Notes under the pieces: model-generated
Seen by the model: the letters and a program-made list of their open reading frames with translations, nothing else
Databases searched by the model: none
Told to the model about the DNA's origin: nothing
Shown here: piece after piece, positions 58,991 to 64,000 of the stretch
Position numbering within the stretch: the first letter of the stretch is position 1
Layout of the letters: every line of letters starts with the position of its first letter
Assembly: GCA_965240325.2 (NCBI GenBank)
Contig: OZ251226.1
Location: 1,116,001-1,180,000, forward strand
Reading direction: 5' to 3'
DNA length: 64,000 nucleotides
Source: Rebecca billardiae RCC1528
Taxonomy: Eukaryota; Protista; Haptophyta
Translations under genes and position numbers: made by a program

Positions 58991-61900
58991 ATGTGCGCAG
59001 GAGGCGTGCGTGTACTCCTCCTGTCGACGACATTGATCAGGGTGTCTGCCGCCAGCAGCGTGTCAGTAAGTCCGCACCCGTGGCAGGAGCAGTTCGAAGA
59101 GTTTGTTGAGAGGTACCCGCCCGTCGGGCAGGTGCTCGATGCGTTCGTCGCGCGTCTCGAGCAGCCCTACCAGCTGCACGCCGCGTGCTGGAAGCGCTCT
59201 TTCGGGCGAGGGCGTGGCCTCGGCCGATCACGATGCGATCCCCTCTCCGAGTACTCCGAGCCCGGAGGCGCCCTGTGCTACAAGCCGTGCCGCGAGGGCT
59301 ACACGTCTGACGGCGCGAGCTTGTGCTGGCGCAGCCTGTTCGACGTCTACTCGCGTGGCGCGGGCCGCCACCGGGTCTGCCAGCCCGACGAGGAGGAGCA
59401 GGCCGCCCTCTGCTACAAAGCCTGCCCCGAGGGGTACGTCGGCGTCGGGCCGGTGTGCTGGCAGTCGTGCGACGCATCGCAGTACCCCTTCTACGGCGTG
59501 GACGGAGGAGCGATCTGCTGCGAGACGGCTGAGGCGTGTGCGCGTCAGATCTTCGAGATGGCAGTCGTCTTCCCCTCCCGGTGGGCGCGTGTCGTCGCCA
59601 GCGGGCTTGCCGGCAACTACCTCGGCGCGCTCAGCGCCGCGAGGGTGGCGGTGGACGGTGCGATCGCGTTCGCGCTGCCCACGTGCGGTGACCCGATCTT
59701 CGAGCCGCCCCTCGAAGCAGCACCGGGCGCGGCGGCGTTGAACGCGACGCTGGGCGCGGGCGGGGTGACGAAGGCACGTGCGCGACGTGCTCTCGCAGCA
59801 CCGGAAGCTCCGGCCATGGCGCGCGCTCTCGGGCCACCCGACGTGCCGGACGACAGCGCGGCCAAGCATCGCTCTGGGGCGGCCAGCCGCGAGCTCGTCG
59901 CGCGCGCGCTCGAGAGTGCTGATGATGAACACGAAGCACTCGCGAGCTGCACCGAGGCCTTGCACCCCACCGAGGGCCGCACGTGCGCCGTGGGGCTCGC
60001 CGCGGGCATGAGCTGCACCGAGCTTCTCCTCGCCGGGTACGACTGCCACTGCTCCTGCGTCGACAGCCAGACGAGCTGCTGGAAGCATGCGTACGTGCGC
60101 GGCGCCGGCCGCATCCCCAACTCGTGCGACGAAGAGAGCTACTACCCGCAGCGCGGTGGCCTGCTGTGCTACGCCGAGTGCCTGCCAGGCTACCGCCCCG
60201 ACGGAGCGAGCCAGTGCCACCGCGAGCGCCTCTGGCCCCCCGGGGGCTCGCCCATCTACTCGCGCGGCTCGGGCGCGGACCGCAGCTGCGCGGCAGGGGA
60301 GGAGCGCGATGCTGGCCTGTGCTACACGCCGTGCTCAGCCGGGTACATTGGCGTGGGGCCGGTGTGCTGGCAGGCGTGCGACGAGCGCTCGCCGCAGCCC
60401 ATCGACGGCGGCGCGATCTGCTGCTCCTCGGCGCACGAGTGCGGAGCGCGCATCATCGGCCTCGCCACAGACCTGCCGTTCGCCATCGCAGACGTCAGCG
60501 TCGAGCTCATCCTGGGTGGCGGCCTCACGCAGGAGGGCGCCGTCGAGCGCGTGCGCGGGCTGGTCGAGGCGGTGAACGGCTTTCGCCTCGACATGTGCAC
60601 GCTCCCCGAGGAGGCAAGGCCGAGTCCAGGCAACGAGACCGGCCCCGACGGCGACGGCGGCGACGGCGGCGGCGGCGCAGGGGAGTGGTGGGAGTGGCTC
60701 ACGAGCGTGGCCGAGTCCGTGCAGGTCGTGCTGCAGCTGACGCCTGCAGACGAGCCCGGCGCGTCGGCTCTTGAGCGGCTCGCCGTGAGCGAGGCCGAGC
60801 TGCGTGCAGCGGCGGAGGACGAGCTGAGCCGGCTCCTCGGGGTCGAGGGCTCGCGCTTCGTGCTCGATCTGGTGCAGAGCGTGCTGGTACCGAACGCCGG
60901 GCCAGTGGTGGCCGCGCTGCCGGCCGTCGCTGCGGGAGCAGCCGACACCTGGCTGGAAGGAGGAGGCCCGTCTCGCACAGGGCGAGCCCTCTCGAGCCAG
61001 CCGGGGGCGAGGACGGTGGTGATCTTCAGCATCGCACCACCAGCCCTCTCGGCCGGCGGCGGAGCCCCACCCGAGTCCTCGCCGTCCGCGTGGCAGCTGA
61101 GCGAGCGCCTGCTCGAGCACGCTCGCGCTCGGGTGCGCGCCGAGGAGCCAGGGCTGTTCGAGCGGGGCCGCTTCCCGCTGCTCGCCAGGGCGTGCGTGCT
61201 CGAGAGCTCGCTCGAGGCCGAGGCGGCACGACTCACGAACGAGACCCAGTCGGAGCTCCCGGCAAACGTCACTCAGGCGTTTGAGCCCGTGTTTGCATCC
61301 GGCGAGCCGGCGATGCGCTGGGAGGCGCTCATCAGCTCGCTGGGGGTGCACGAGCTTGCCGAGGCGGCGCGCGCGCCGTCACCGCCTCCGCCGGCCAGCC
61401 TCCCAGCTGGGCAGTTCTCGCCGACGCCGGACGGCGACACGCCCGGGAGCGGATCGAACGCCGGTGCGGGCGATGGGAAAGCTGGCGCAGGCGGTGACGG
61501 CGCTCTCGATCCGGCCGCATGTGCGCACGGCGTGGGAGCAGGCGCCTGCGCCTCGTCGACGCCAGGCGGCAGCGCTCCCACGAGGATTCCGCGCGTGTGG
61601 ACGGCGGCGGCCGTTGGGCAGGTGGTGGGCATCGCGTGCATCATTCTTGCGTGCGGTCTTTGCGCGGGCCGGTGCGCCTACCAGAGCCTTCTTGGCCGGC
61701 CTGTGCTACCGCAGTTGGGAGTGGTGAAGCGGCAGGCCGCTACTCGCCCGCCCACACATCGCCCACGCGTGCCTCGCGCGGCGCTGATGCCCGCAGGCGC
61801 AGCTTCACCGTCACCGCCGCTGAGGCCTGCCGCGATTGAGCAGTTCACTTCAGCGAGTATGGACTCCGCCGGTGACATCCCGCCGAGCTCTCGCGCGTAG
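58991..61900 (+). CDS. Cys-rich type I membrane/surface protein (~969 aa) with a duplicated extracellular module
   Basis: Signal peptide, two copies of CWK....RG.G...LCY..C..GY...LCY..C..GY.GVGPVCWQ.C...DGGAICC, a Pro/Gly stalk and a C-terminal TM (VVGIACIILACGLC). Intronless. Confidence 0.82.
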   Translation: MCAGGVRVLLLSTTLIRVSAASSVSVSPHPWQEQFEEFVERYPPVGQVLDAFVARLEQPYQLHAACWKRSFGRGRGLGRSRCDPLSEYSEPGGALCYKPCREGYTSDGASLCWRSLFDVYSRGAGRHRVCQPDEEEQAALCYKACPEGYVGVGPVCWQSCDASQYPFYGVDGGAICCETAEACARQIFEMAVVFPSRWARVVASGLAGNYLGALSAARVAVDGAIAFALPTCGDPIFEPPLEAAPGAAALNATLGAGGVTKARARRALAAPEAPAMARALGPPDVPDDSAAKHRSGAASRELVARALESADDEHEALASCTEALHPTEGRTCAVGLAAGMSCTELLLAGYDCHCSCVDSQTSCWKHAYVRGAGRIPNSCDEESYYPQRGGLLCYAECLPGYRPDGASQCHRERLWPPGGSPIYSRGSGADRSCAAGEERDAGLCYTPCSAGYIGVGPVCWQACDERSPQPIDGGAICCSSAHECGARIIGLATDLPFAIADVSVELILGGGLTQEGAVERVRGLVEAVNGFRLDMCTLPEEARPSPGNETGPDGDGGDGGGGAGEWWEWLTSVAESVQVVLQLTPADEPGASALERLAVSEAELRAAAEDELSRLLGVEGSRFVLDLVQSVLVPNAGPVVAALPAVAAGAADTWLEGGGPSRTGRALSSQPGARTVVIFSIAPPALSAGGGAPPESSPSAWQLSERLLEHARARVRAEEPGLFERGRFPLLARACVLESSLEAEAARLTNETQSELPANVTQAFEPVFASGEPAMRWEALISSLGVHELAEAARAPSPPPPASLPAGQFSPTPDGDTPGSGSNAGAGDGKAGAGGDGALDPAACAHGVGAGACASSTPGGSAPTRIPRVWTAAAVGQVVGIACIILACGLCAGRCAYQSLLGRPVLPQLGVVKRQAATRPPTHRPRVPRAALMPAGAASPSPPLRPAAIEQFTSASMDSAGDIPPSSRA

Positions 61901-61968
61901 GTGTAAGCCATCACACGTATAGGCTCAATCTGGTCACACTATTCATACGTTATACGTACGCTACGACT

Positions 61969-63313
61969 GGGTGAAAATCCCATTTTCTGGCCTGTCCGGG
62001 CGGAAAATCCGGCTGCTCAGATCTGACCGGACCGGGACCCGGACAGCACAGTATCTAGGGACCAGACACTTTTACATCTTCGTTCTCTTCGGATTTGAGC
62101 ATGGGGCGGCGCCCCATTTGCACAGTCAAAAGACCGCGGGTGTAAAAGCAACCGTTGTCGAGTTCGATGTAGCGGCTGGGCGAATTAGTGAATTAAAAAA
62201 CAATTCACGAGACACTTGCGCCCACGGCCGCGATGGCGTGCGCCGTCCACCCACGACGGAGTCGTGGACGGACATCGCTACACAGCCTACGCGACAGGCG
62301 TTGTCGTGATCGAGGTGCCCGTGCGCGTTGTCGATAGCCAAACGATTGGCACGACGACCTGGCACCACATCCGCGTCAAGCACGGCGAGGCCGTGGTCCA
62401 GCGCGTGTGCGGCAAGCCGGCCGATGTGCGGACGGCGTCGGGTGGCGCAGGGGCTCCTGCCGATGCTACCTGGCGGCTGCTGCGGGGCCTGCTGCCGTGG
62501 TCGAACCTGAGGCAGAGGGTGAGTCAACCGCGGAGCAGCTCAACGCTTCCGAGATCGAGCTGCGCGCGGTCGGACCAGATGACGGCCCGCGGCCGTCCAA
62601 GCGCACACGCAAGGACGCCTGAGCACACGCGTTCAGTCCGAGCAAAGCCTGGTCGGCGTACGAGCGCGAGCCAGCTCAGACACGGCACGAGCGCACGCGT
62701 GACGGCTCGTACGATGAGCTCGTCGGCTTGGTCATCGGGCTGCTGTCGCTCGTCGCCTCACTTGTCACGTCACACTCAGCTGAGCAGAGACATCACTCCC
62801 GCCGTTCAGCTGATCGACGAGGACGAGGCGGCCAAGGCGGCGGCGGCTCAAACGCCTGGAGGAGGAGCGCAGGAGGAGGATGAGCTCCCAGCGCTGAGCC
62901 TGTGGGGCCGCGCCGAGGCCAGGCACCGTGGCCAGCGGCTGCAGTCGCGGGTGGCTGCCGGACAGCAGCTCGGCGGCACACGCTCACTCTTAGTCTTACG
63001 TCGATCCTCTTGCTCGAGAGTCAAGGCGGCGGGCAAGGTGCAGGCCGCACGCGAGCTTGCTGAGCGTGCGCAGGCCGAGCCGCAGCTGAGCCCCGAGGGT
63101 GCTCGGGACGCCGCGTGCGCAAGCAGGCCGCCTCGCAGCAGATGGTGCTTCGCATAGTAACTACGCTGATACTACCGGACCCGAAAAAATTTCTTCGCAC
63201 TGCGTGCGCTTTATTCCCTTTATTATTATTTTGTTTCTTATTCGCGTATTAAATGCCGCTTTTCCGCCTCCCCAGTGCTTGCGGAAGTGCGCCAGAAAAT
63301 GGGAATTCCACCC
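61969..63313. mobile_element. Non-autonomous DNA transposon with 23-bp TIRs and 4-bp TSD (GACT)
   Basis: Left GGGTGAAAATCCCATTTTCTGGC versus reverse complement of the right end GGGTGGAATTCCCATTTTCTGGC (21/23). GACT directly flanks both ends. AT-rich subtermini and a broken ORF inside. Confidence 0.8.
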
Positions 63314-63404
63314 GACTGACTACTGCTAGGCAGCATCATGAAAACGTACAGACGACTTCATGCGCGCGTTCGTCGCCGTCGGCCCCCGCCGCGGACTCCG
63401 GTCG

Positions 63405-64000
63405 TCAACCGGCAAGGTAGTTGTGTATCGAAGGTGTGCGGTACGGCGAGATGCGCAGCGACGATCGCCGCCGGTCGTGATTGATGTGGCTCCGGCGCAT
63501 GATGCGGATGAGCGCGTTGTTGAAGGGGTCGAAGAAGTGATCGAGCTGCTGCCGCGACTCGGCGGAGAGGACTTCAACCGCCTCGTGCGCGTTCTCGTGC
63601 GCCGCCGCGACCGAGATGGCGGGTGGCTTCGCGCCATGACCGAGCACGAAGCTCACGAGGTCTTGCCGCACCGTCGCGGGGTCTGCGATGAAGCCCGCAA
63701 ACGAGATGATCAGGAACTGCGACGCATCGAAGGTGCTCAGCCAGTGCTTGAGCTGCGGGGCATACAGCCCGCCTTGCAGCGCCTGGAGGTTGCCCCCTCC
63801 GAGCCCGTGCGCACTGCACGGCATCAGCCAGATCGCGTCAGAGTCGAGCGGGGTGTGCGACCGGCGGGCGCACTGCCTGCAGGCCTCCATCGTCAGCGCG
63901 ACAAACCGGTTGAGGTGCGGCCTGTCCTCGGCCCCGTGGTGCTGCTGGTGTTGTCTCCGCGCCGCCGAGCTCGCCAGCTGCGCTCCGCAAGGACGGGGGT
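63405..64000 (-). CDS. Sulfotransferase family protein (HS 3-O-sulfotransferase-like), C-terminal part; 5' end outside window
   Basis: GLYAPQLKHWLSTFDASQFLII...DPATV...LVSF...LDHFFDPFNNAL. Confidence 0.75.
   Translation of the reverse strand, partial: PRPCGAQLASSAARRQHQQHHGAEDRPHLNRFVALTMEACRQCARRSHTPLDSDAIWLMPCSAHGLGGGNLQALQGGLYAPQLKHWLSTFDASQFLIISFAGFIADPATVRQDLVSFVLGHGAKPPAISVAAAHENAHEAVEVLSAESRQQLDHFFDPFNNALIRIMRRSHINHDRRRSSLRISPYRTPSIHNYLAG

Overview
Eukaryotic nuclear DNA: very GC-rich genes with short GT-AG introns, separated by AT-richer spacers. Gene content, bipartite plastid-targeting leaders and intron style suggest a secondary-plastid alga, probably a haptophyte (inference, not verified). 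Splicing by hand with frame checks gave about 16 protein-coding genes. These are a cytochrome b5-like MAPR protein, PRA1, NAA15, 6PF2K/FBPase2, an SRPBCC cyclase, an RIIa+EF-hand (RSP7-like) protein, CNOT10, an RCCR-like reductase, TANGO2, PP2C, a Cys-rich surface protein, a partial sulfotransferase, two paralogous large low-complexity proteins, a small orphan, a 6-TM+TIR-like protein and a 9-exon gene. The 9-exon gene appears to fuse a TMEM181/Wntless-like membrane domain to a complete anoctamin (TMEM16) and is the top finding. Also present: two adjacent long-inverted-repeat elements, a 1.35-kb TIR transposon with a 4-bp TSD, two frameshifted pseudogene-like regions, telomere-like repeats inside introns, and mirrored CACGTG clusters at a divergent promoter. 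Most ORFs in the supplied track are GC-driven shadow ORFs. Family calls come from motifs recognised by eye; no database searches were run.
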